From a virus: a DNA stretch of 64,000 bases. Positions 1 to 6,598 of this stretch are shown here, in pieces. A program made the translations under genes and the position numbers. A model generated the notes under the pieces. That model did no database searches. It worked only from the letters and a program-made list of their open reading frames with translations, and was not told the origin of the DNA. Position 1 is the stretch's first letter, and each line of letters begins with the position of its first letter. The DNA lies in the IMG/VR virus record IMGVR_UViG_3300042865_000182, positions 1-64,000 of that record; one strand, 5' to 3'.

Positions 1-225
1 GTCATCATCTGATATCACATCATCATCACTTTCATCATCTGCTAGATAATCAAAGTCATAATATTTTTCTTGTTTGTTTTTTTCTACTGCTGATCCTGTG
101 AATGGATCTAAGATATGTTCTCCATAATCTAGAGACATCAAGTACTGCACATCTTCATCTGTTAAATCAAGATATTCTTCTAGTGAGAGATGAACTACTT
201 TCCCATTTGGGAGTTGATACTGCAT
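1..225 (-). CDS. Hypothetical phage protein, acidic C-terminal part; truncated at window start
   Basis: Read manually, not in ORF track: MQYQLPNGKVVHLSLEEYLDLTDEDVQYLMSLDYGEHILDPF... is open to position 1; alternative in-frame ATG at 234. Confidence 0.75.
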   Translation of the reverse strand, partial: MQYQLPNGKVVHLSLEEYLDLTDEDVQYLMSLDYGEHILDPFTGSAVEKNKQEKYYDFDYLADDESDDDVISDDD

Positions 226-319
226 TACTGACATAAAAATATGCTAGTAAATGTAAGCCTTTTAGTAATACATCTAAAGTTTAAACCAATAAAATTTAGC
301 ACTATATAGCTAAACAATG

Positions 320-342
320 AAAGGGAGGCATTGCTACCTCCC
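320..342 (-). terminator. Intrinsic terminator candidate
   Basis: GGGAGG-loop-CCTCCC hairpin followed by a short T run on the minus strand, downstream of the 386..805 ORF. Confidence 0.5.
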
Positions 343-385
343 ATGTCATTTTGGTCAGGAAAAGCATATTCACAGAATACACTTC

Positions 386-805
386 TTAAAACTCTTCTAT
401 AACTTCTAGTTGATCTTCTCTAAGGTAAACCGTGTCAAGTTTAGTAGTCCCAGTACCTACAACTCCTGTATATTCTACAATATATGGGCTGTATTCATGA
501 TAACCTCTAAACTCTTTTACAGTCACTACTATCTTATCATCCGTATCTGCAAACTTTTGTTTAGTAAGTTCCTTATCCATACCATATCCAACATTAAGTA
601 CATCCATTTTGCATAGTGTACCAATGGGTATAATATCCGGCAACTTATTACCAATCATAAGCTTGAAGAAGTGCTCAACACCATAACTACTATTACATAA
701 TATAGGAGTAAGTAACTTAACAAACTCCTCAGCATTAGAATCTTTGATGATCTTACTGAGAGCCTTAGCTACATCAGTATCTTCATAGTTTACAGTTACT
801 CTCAT
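386..805 (-). CDS. Hypothetical protein (139 aa)
   Basis: ORF track; tightly packed with neighbouring minus-strand genes. Confidence 0.8.
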   Translation of the reverse strand: MRVTVNYEDTDVAKALSKIIKDSNAEEFVKLLTPILCNSSYGVEHFFKLMIGNKLPDIIPIGTLCKMDVLNVGYGMDKELTKQKFADTDDKIVVTVKEFRGYHEYSPYIVEYTGVVGTGTTKLDTVYLREDQLEVIEEF

Positions 806-807
806 GG

Positions 808-1077
808 CTAATCATATTTTCTTAGGTCCCTAATCTTTGCTAATAGTTCTTCATTATAGTGAGTAAAGAAAGTTTTATCAAAGATCCTTTGCTTGATCTT
901 TTTAGCTCTTTTAGGCACTGCACCTTTAATAAAACCTTTACCTATTGGCTCACCATTATGATCAACTATCTCTGCCTTAAGATCAAATCCTAAGACAGAG
1001 GTAATTAGTGTCCTATCCACGGCCAAACATGTTTTTGAGCATGTTATGAATCCTACTATGTGACTCATTCTTTTCAA
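808..1077 (-). CDS. Hypothetical basic protein (true start may be GTG at 1020)
   Basis: ORF track; the annotated N-terminus overlaps the upstream gene by 65 nt. Confidence 0.6.
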   Translation of the reverse strand: MKRMSHIVGFITCSKTCLAVDRTLITSVLGFDLKAEIVDHNGEPIGKGFIKGAVPKRAKKIKQRIFDKTFFTHYNEELLAKIRDLRKYD

Positions 1078-1339
1078 TAACCTTAGCCATCATAAGAGTA
1101 GCAAAGACTACTTCATTAGTATGAGTACAAATATCAACAACTTTTTCCATTGCAACATGCACACGTTGACTGCTCTCAAATGATTCCAAACAAGCAGTTA
1201 ATAGTACTTCTGCTCTGGTATCATTAATACCTAGGTTCTTGTGTAACAACTCTGAGTCATCATCAATGATAAGCAACTTATACTTACCATCAGTGTTATA
1301 ACCTTTTTTCTTTTTCTTAAATAGTTTTCCTAACCACAT
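1013..1339 (-). CDS. Hypothetical protein (108 aa)
   Basis: ORF track; AT-rich leader. Confidence 0.75.
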   Translation of the reverse strand: MWLGKLFKKKKKGYNTDGKYKLLIIDDDSELLHKNLGINDTRAEVLLTACLESFESSQRVHVAMEKVVDICTHTNEVVFATLMMAKVIEKNESHSRIHNMLKNMFGRG

Positions 1340-1354
1340 AACTACAAATTTAAA

Positions 1355-1627
1355 TTATTCTTGATTCCCTAATGCCATCCAATCCTCATCTTCTAGCACC
1401 CACATCTCATCAATATAACCAAATTCATTGAGAGCATACATAGTATTCCAAAACTCTACTACTATGATACCATCATCTCTTTTAGTTACATCTACTAAGA
1501 CATCATTTGTAAGACTTATTACAGTCCTAACATACTTTCTCTCACTCTTAGTGAGATTTTTTGGTAATTTTTGTGAGTAACCAGCTCCGGCAAATACTAA
1601 TGCCACAATCATAAATAACTTTTTCAT
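1355..1627 (-). CDS. Putative secreted/periplasmic protein
   Basis: N-terminus MKKLFMIVALVFAGAGYSQ resembles a Bacteroidota Sec signal peptide with cleavage before Gln. Confidence 0.7.
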   Translation of the reverse strand: MKKLFMIVALVFAGAGYSQKLPKNLTKSERKYVRTVISLTNDVLVDVTKRDDGIIVVEFWNTMYALNEFGYIDEMWVLEDEDWMALGNQE

Positions 1628-1887
1628 TACACAAATATTAAAATTGTTAAACCTGTTATCACCATTGCATATAATACTACAAGAAATGCAGTACTTACAT
1701 TGTTGTTTTGTCTTAATGATTCTTTCTCATCTTGTATAGACTCATCAATGCATGCTATCATGTATTCTAATTGATTTCTTCTTGTTTTATACCATTCTTC
1801 ACTTGGTTCATAGATATGAAGTTCTTCAAGTTCAGTTTGGTACTGGTCTCTTTTGTTTTCTAATTCTTCTATTCTATTCATAATCAT
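1627..1887 (-). CDS. Coiled-coil protein with C-terminal transmembrane helix
   Basis: ORF track 1627..1914; start moved to 1887/1881 because 1914 lies within a terminator hairpin; C-terminus AFLVVLYAMVITGLTILIFV. Confidence 0.7.
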   Translation of the reverse strand: MIMNRIEELENKRDQYQTELEELHIYEPSEEWYKTRRNQLEYMIACIDESIQDEKESLRQNNNVSTAFLVVLYAMVITGLTILIFV

Positions 1888-1900
1888 AATTTTAGACAAT

Positions 1901-1930
1901 AAAAAAGGAGCCAAGTGTTTCCTGGCTCCT
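1901..1930 (-). terminator. Intrinsic terminator
   Basis: AGGAGCCA...TGGCTCCT stem followed by a T run on the minus strand. Confidence 0.7.
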
Positions 1931-1952
1931 ATAACTCTTAATACCTTAGGTA

Positions 1953-2087
1953 CTAAATTTTTTCTTCTGTGTCTACCTGACCATAGGCATCACAACCGGC
2001 TGTTTTAGTAGAACCACAACTAGCAAATAATACTGCTACTGTAATAACTACTGCAAACCATACAACTACTGCTGATATTGTTTTCAT
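1953..2087 (-). CDS. Small lipoprotein (44 aa)
   Basis: Read manually: MKTISAVVVWFAVVITVAVLFASCGSTKTAGCDAYGQVDTEEKI*; hydrophobic signal plus lipobox FAS-C. Confidence 0.7.
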   Translation of the reverse strand: MKTISAVVVWFAVVITVAVLFASCGSTKTAGCDAYGQVDTEEKI

Positions 2088-2103
2088 ACTGTAAGTTAAT
2101 AAA

Positions 2104-2334
2104 TTAATAAATATTATCCAAATCTGCAGGTGGGTATACTACTTCCTTCTCATACTCTTGAAGTAGCCATTGTTTGTCACTTAACTCCATAGAAGTTAAA
2201 GCTAGTTTTTCAGAAGCATTTAATGGAATACCATAATACTTCTCTGTTGCACTTATTAGCTTACTGTTAATCTCAGAGCTAAAGTGGTGTTGAGTTTCTA
2301 CAAACTCTCTGTTGTTAATCATACTTGAAATCAT
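2104..2334 (-). CDS. Hypothetical protein (76 aa)
   Basis: ORF track; AT-rich leader. Confidence 0.7.
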   Translation of the reverse strand: MISSMINNREFVETQHHFSSEINSKLISATEKYYGIPLNASEKLALTSMELSDKQWLLQEYEKEVVYPPADLDNIY

Positions 2335-2360
2335 ATATTTGTTTTTAAAAGTTACTGAAT

Positions 2361-2570
2361 AAAAAACACAAGCAAACCTTACTACAAAGCTTGTGTATGC
2401 ACCTTTGGGAAACCAAGGATAAACTGTATGAAACCAGTGACAGAGGTGCTTTTATGCTGGAGTGATTAAGTCCTTCTAGTTGGCATTAGCAACGGAGTGG
2501 TCGCCTTTAAGCTGTTTTTCATCACCCATTTAGTCAGGATCATTATGGGTATCACCCGGCCTGACAGATA
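2361..2570 (-). ncRNA. Candidate structured RNA with H-type pseudoknot, ending in a terminator
   Basis: Minus strand GTCAGG..ACCCAT..CCTGAC..ATGGGT interleaved pairings; GCACCT/AGGTGC multiloop; ACACAAGC/GCTTGTGT plus T run. Confidence 0.5.
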
Positions 2571-2587
2571 ATATTATTTAATTAAAG

Positions 2588-2709
2588 AAACCAAGTATGC
2601 TGACACCTTCACTTCAGCAGATTTTATCGTATCTGAGCATATAGCAGTTATCTGCAGTCTAACTATACTCTAAGAGGTTTAGGATTTAGCCTCACTTTAT
2701 ACTTGGTTT
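2588..2709 (-). ncRNA. Candidate multi-stem junction RNA
   Basis: Closing 11-bp stem AAACCAAGTAT/ATACTTGGTTT encloses four short hairpins; strand inferred from flanking genes. Confidence 0.5.
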
Positions 2710-2713
2710 AATA

Positions 2714-3085
2714 TTATAGCAATGACATAAATGCATCAGCAGTCATTACTTTTACTTTTGGTTGTAGTTTGTCAAATAATCTTACAGTGTGTACAGACCA
2801 TTTGATACTAAGATTATTATAGCACCACAGCATATAATCCGGATGCTTTCTTACTGCATCTTCTACAGTAAGATTAATAATATGTGGCTTATTACTAAAC
2901 CAACAGTTATCCCATGGTCTAGTCCTTCTTCTAGTACCATACTCACCAGTATCATGTGGTTTATCATAGACCCTTTTATTTTCTGGTCTATGATATTGTT
3001 TATAGAAATATAACTGTCTTTCTTGGTGAGTCATACTCCATAGATTACCTTCTTTGAAGGCTTGGCTAATTGAATTCATAATCAT
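2714..3085 (-). CDS. Hypothetical protein (123 aa)
   Basis: ORF track; Trp/Arg-rich. Confidence 0.7.
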   Translation of the reverse strand: MIMNSISQAFKEGNLWSMTHQERQLYFYKQYHRPENKRVYDKPHDTGEYGTRRRTRPWDNCWFSNKPHIINLTVEDAVRKHPDYMLWCYNNLSIKWSVHTVRLFDKLQPKVKVMTADAFMSLL

Positions 3086-3493
3086 AAGTTTTAATCAGGT
3101 TAATAATCATATATAGTGGACGGAAACTAAATTCCCGGAAGATATTACTGTAAAACACTAACACTAATTATATATAGTAGTAGTAATAAGAGTAATATTA
3201 ATAGAGTGGTGGTAATATAGGCTGGTTTAGCCATATATATTATAATATTGTGGATTTCTAATGATTTAGAACATCTCACTTGACCCAAAGAATAGTGGAG
3301 AGATTAACACATCATCACACACACTTATCTCTATAATGTGTACTTAATAAACAGTGCAACTGGGTTGAGTATGCAACTTATGTGCATTTGAGCCTACTCA
3401 ACCCACAAAAGTACAAAGCTGTACTAACAAGTTGCCGAAGGCCTAATTAAAAAAATATAACCCGCACATAATGTACGGGCTATATTACTCACA

Positions 3494-3805
3494 TTAGAAC
3501 AATGGTTCTTCAGCAAGAGTGTTTTGTGCAACACCAAACAATGCACCAAGGTTGGCAATGGTAGCAACTTGGGCATCTGCACCATTCAACACGGTTAACC
3601 AAATATTGTCACCGTCTTGTTGACCCTCAACGGTATATTCAGCACCAATTTCAACACCTCTTTGGAAGCTCTTTTCCCAAATCTTTGCAAAGTAGTTGTT
3701 ACCGTCTGCTAACTTAACTACACAAGTGCGGTATTCAGATGCATTCTCACTGTTAGCTGTTTTTACTGTGTTGCTAACTGACACTAATGTTCCTTGAACT
3801 TTCAT
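3494..3805 (-). CDS. Putative OB-fold / ssDNA-binding-like protein (103 aa)
   Basis: Start reassigned to MKVQGTLVSV, directly after the motif at 3837; beta-rich pattern and acidic-hydrophobic tail EEPLF; function inferred. Confidence 0.5.
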   Translation of the reverse strand: MKVQGTLVSVSNTVKTANSENASEYRTCVVKLADGNNYFAKIWEKSFQRGVEIGAEYTVEGQQDGDNIWLTVLNGADAQVATIANLGALFGVAQNTLAEEPLF

Positions 3806-3890
3806 AATAAATAATTTATTGGTTAATACTCCAAGCAGTAAAAAGCTGTATAAACAAGATGTGCGAAGCACCTTATACAAAAAAAGGGGA

Positions 3891-4151
3891 TTACTCCCCG
3901 TATATTTCCATATCAAAACTAAGCCCTATGTCATTAAAGTATTCAAAGGTATGTTTCATTTTTATGAATATACTTGCTAACTGAAAGTCACACCTTGTGG
4001 GTGTTCCTACTCCTATGTAACAATCTTCATACTCCTTAGTGTCATAATTATAATGGCTAAAGCCCATAATATCTATATCAGGGCTTATTTGCATTTTAAT
4101 GTGGTCACGGAGTTCTGTTAGCATTTCTAATTGTATTTCTTTCTTTGTCAT
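3891..4151 (-). CDS. Small early hypothetical protein (86 aa)
   Basis: ORF track; motif at 4174 upstream; stop lies inside a GGGGAGTAATCCCC terminator. Confidence 0.8.
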   Translation of the reverse strand: MTKKEIQLEMLTELRDHIKMQISPDIDIMGFSHYNYDTKEYEDCYIGVGTPTRCDFQLASIFIKMKHTFEYFNDIGLSFDMEIYGE

Positions 4152-4215
4152 AATATATAGTTTAATTAATACTAGTAAAAAGCTGTAAATTAAAAAGAGG
4201 GGATGTTACTCCCCC

Positions 4216-4488
4216 TTAATACTCTGGATTCTCATAGGCATCTTGCATATTAGCTAATGCTGCTCTCATGTTTTTATCATTCTTTTCTTTGATATCCAGA
4301 TACTCATTAAGTGCATCTGCAACATGTCTTATCCAAGCCTCATTACCCCATTTAGTGTAAGCACTATCAGGAAGGTTTATTCTTGATTGAAGTATCTGTA
4401 TCATACATATCATAGTATGTTTATCTAGATAACCCATTCTGTTTAATAAACTTTGAGTAACTTCACTTCTGTCAATTCTTGTTTCCAT
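4216..4488 (-). CDS. Small early hypothetical protein (90 aa)
   Basis: ORF track; motif at 4512 upstream; terminator at about 4194-4215. Confidence 0.8.
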   Translation of the reverse strand: METRIDRSEVTQSLLNRMGYLDKHTMICMIQILQSRINLPDSAYTKWGNEAWIRHVADALNEYLDIKEKNDKNMRAALANMQDAYENPEY

Positions 4489-4544
4489 AATATATAGTTT
4501 TAATTTACATAAGTAAAAAGCTGTATAATAAAACCTAGAGGAAA

Positions 4545-4736
4545 TTAATCCTCTAAGTCTTCATTATACTCAAATGTTCCGGTCTCTATATACTCTATGA
4601 TTTCTGCCTTATAAGCATAATCAACTACCTTCCCATCAGGAAAGAATAGAGCATAAGTTTGTCTACCTTCAACATCATGTTGGTACACTACAGTCCCTGT
4701 AATGAGATACCAAATAAAAATAATCTGTGCTATCAT
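4545..4736 (-). CDS. Small early hypothetical protein, hydrophobic N-terminus (63 aa)
   Basis: ORF track; motif at 4754 upstream. Confidence 0.75.
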   Translation of the reverse strand: MIAQIIFIWYLITGTVVYQHDVEGRQTYALFFPDGKVVDYAYKAEIIEYIETGTFEYNEDLED

Positions 4737-4783
4737 ATATATAATTTAAAATTAGTACAAAGCTGTATTAAAGTAAAAGGGGA

Positions 4784-5074
4784 TTACTCCCCTCCTAAAA
4801 TTAGTCCTTCTTTTTCAAAGGTTACATAATGCTCACATAGATATTTAAGTTTTTCATACTCTTCATTGTTTATATGTATTGTGCAATATGGTATTCCTTG
4901 AGAATCATCTATTCTGATTAACATTTTCTGTGGATAACCAAAATCAATAATGCATTTAAACATATTATCAAAATCAGAATCTAGTGCTACAAAAGCACCC
5001 CAAATTTCTTCTGTTAAGTCATCAGGTGTATAATTTTTTTTATACTCACCTGAATGGTAAAATAAAACATTCAT
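4784..5074 (-). CDS. Small early hypothetical protein (96 aa)
   Basis: ORF track; motif at 5100 upstream; stop inside a GGGGAGTAATCCCC-like terminator. Confidence 0.8.
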   Translation of the reverse strand: MNVLFYHSGEYKKNYTPDDLTEEIWGAFVALDSDFDNMFKCIIDFGYPQKMLIRIDDSQGIPYCTIHINNEEYEKLKYLCEHYVTFEKEGLILGGE

Positions 5075-5155
5075 AATTTTTAGTTTTTAATTTAAGATTA
5101 GTAATAAGCTGTATATCAAAAAGTTAAAGTGCCACTATTAAAGTGACACTTCAAG

Positions 5156-5224
5156 TTAAGCATTGGGATTTAATACCCATTCCTTAACTGTTACAATTCC
5201 ATTGATGATTACATAAGATACCAT
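5156..5224 (-). CDS. Micro-ORF (22 aa) MVSYVIINGIVTVKEWVLNPNA
   Basis: Own motif copy at 5250 (26 nt upstream, as for neighbours), AT-rich leader, downstream hairpin at about 5127-5151. Confidence 0.55.
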   Translation of the reverse strand: MVSYVIINGIVTVKEWVLNPNA

Positions 5225-5267
5225 GATATTTAGTTTTAAGATTAATACTAGTGAAAAGCTGTATAAT

Positions 5268-5400
5268 AAAAAGAGAGAGAGTCTACATAACTCTCTCTAT
5301 TGTGGATGCTAATCCTCTTGTGGTATTACGGTCCAAAGCAATAAGGAACCAACCCTTTGGTGAATACATATAATACTGATATCATTTGGTCAATCAGCAA
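5268..5400 (-). ncRNA. Candidate structured small RNA occupying one cassette
   Basis: Starts right after the motif at 5405; nested stems TGCTGATT/GATTAGCA, GTATTAT/GTAATAC, CCAAAG/CTTTGG; terminator AGAGAGAGT/ACTCTCTCT plus T run. Confidence 0.5.
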
Positions 5401-5441
5401 TAAAAGTAAAAAGCTGTATATATACAAAGAGAAAGAGAAGC

Positions 5442-5651
5442 TTATAGCCTCCCTTTCCACTTATCCATTTTACCTTGTCTCCATTCAGTGTGTAATGTTC
5501 TTGCTATCATGAACATACCAAATCCAGCTAATGCTAGTATGAATGCATTAGCATACTGATGGCTTATAGCAACATAATATGTTACTGATACAATACACAT
5601 TATGGTACATGCATAGCATGCTACCATATTAAATAATCCAAAGGTTTTCAT
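5442..5651 (-). CDS. Small membrane protein (two predicted TM helices)
   Basis: Start reassigned to MKTFGLFNMV, 26 nt after the motif at 5677; two hydrophobic stretches. Confidence 0.7.
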   Translation of the reverse strand: MKTFGLFNMVACYACTIMCIVSVTYYVAISHQYANAFILALAGFGMFMIARTLHTEWRQGKMDKWKGRL

Positions 5652-5709
5652 AAGTTTTAATTTTATTATTAATAATAGTAGTAAGCTGTATATATAAATA
5701 TAAGCTACC

Positions 5710-5874
5710 CTAAAAGGGTAACTCATATTCTTTTTCCATTTGTGAATCATGTTCATAGAACATGTTCATATAATCACAAATACATTTTTTAATAGTATCA
5801 TGTGAATTGGTTTCTTCATTGAAATTGATATCTATATCATATTCCATATTACATGTTGAACAAGTATTTTCCAT
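5710..5874 (-). CDS. Small Cys-containing acidic protein (54 aa)
   Basis: Start reassigned to MENTCSTC, 26 nt after the motif at 5900; CxxC...CxC; ends EYELPF. Confidence 0.65.
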   Translation of the reverse strand: MENTCSTCNMEYDIDINFNEETNSHDTIKKCICDYMNMFYEHDSQMEKEYELPF

Positions 5875-6240
5875 AGCTAAAAGATTTAATATTAATAATA
5901 GTATAGAGCTGTATATATACATGATGTTGCTGTGTTGCTTGCTAGATATATACTATGATGGTTGAGATATCTCAGGAAGCATTGGTTATATATAATTATA
6001 TTATTAATACATACATACTAACATAAGTACATAGCAGTATCATGCTATTACAAATATATTTACCACAGATAAAAAAATATTTTTACATCCTAAAAAGTTT
6101 TAAGTTGTATAAATTTCATGGGGGGTATCACCAATCCAGACTGAGCCCGGGGTCTGATTATATATACCCCACCACATTCTCTTGTATACCACATTCTACT
6201 ATATACAATACCACCACATTGCAATTCCAAAAAATGTTTA

Positions 6241-6323
6241 TATATTTGCAGAGTTAGATTATCTCATCTTTCAAATAAATTAAGTAAGACAGACCCTGGT
6301 ACTCATGCACCGGGGTTTTGTTT
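6241..6323 (+). ncRNA. Candidate sRNA unit (promoter, short transcript, terminator)
   Basis: TATATTTG (Bacteroidota -7 consensus TAnnTTTG) at 6241-6248; ACCCTGGT/ACCGGGGT hairpin plus T run; no ORF. Confidence 0.45.
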
Positions 6324-6337
6324 ATAATAGAAGCCCC

Positions 6338-6507
6338 CCTGTGGTGAGATAGCCATAGGCCAAGTTCCAGACAGCATACCGTAGGATCTGCTCACTACAC
6401 TGGACTTTTTGGATACTGGGAAAGCAGACTGAAGGTACCTAAGTTTGTATAACTAGTATCCGGCCCAGATAAGTTTCTCTGATCAAGAATTACTGTCTGG
6501 GTTTTTT
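6338..6507 (+). ncRNA. Candidate structured ncRNA (four consecutive hairpins, last is terminator-like)
   Basis: GC-richer than surroundings; stems CCTGTGGT/GCCATAGG, TCCAG/CTGGA, GGATACTGG/CTAGTATCC, CCCAGATA/TGTCTGGG plus T run. Confidence 0.5.
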
Positions 6508-6598
6508 ATGTATCTTAGTAGTAAGTTATGTATACTTGGTCAGCGGACTAAGGGGAAGTCCCGGATGTTTATTCCGGGATTTTTTTTATATTTGCTTT

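Larger units (their letters stand above)
3410..5913 (-). promoter_or_regulatory. Ten copies of a conserved 14-bp motif (minus strand TACAGCTYNNYACT), putative phage early promoter
   Basis: Plus-strand AGTRNNRAGCTGTA at 3410, 3837, 4174, 4512, 4754, 5100, 5250, 5405, 5677, 5900; eight lie 18-32 nt upstream of a minus-strand ATG. Confidence 0.8.

Noticed and set aside
2361-2709. tmRNA or tRNA
   Set aside because: A pseudoknot is present, but no tRNA-like acceptor/T-arm, CCA end or convincing ...ALAA tag frame was found
3410-5913. CRISPR array interpretation of the repeated motif
   Set aside because: Repeats are 14 bp and degenerate, spacing is 150-430 bp with ORFs in between, and there is no cas operon; the PD-(D/E)xK gene lies in the packaging region
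6042-6257. 71-aa plus-strand ORF in the divergence region
   Set aside because: Runs across a hairpin and promoter, has low-complexity composition; probably spurious
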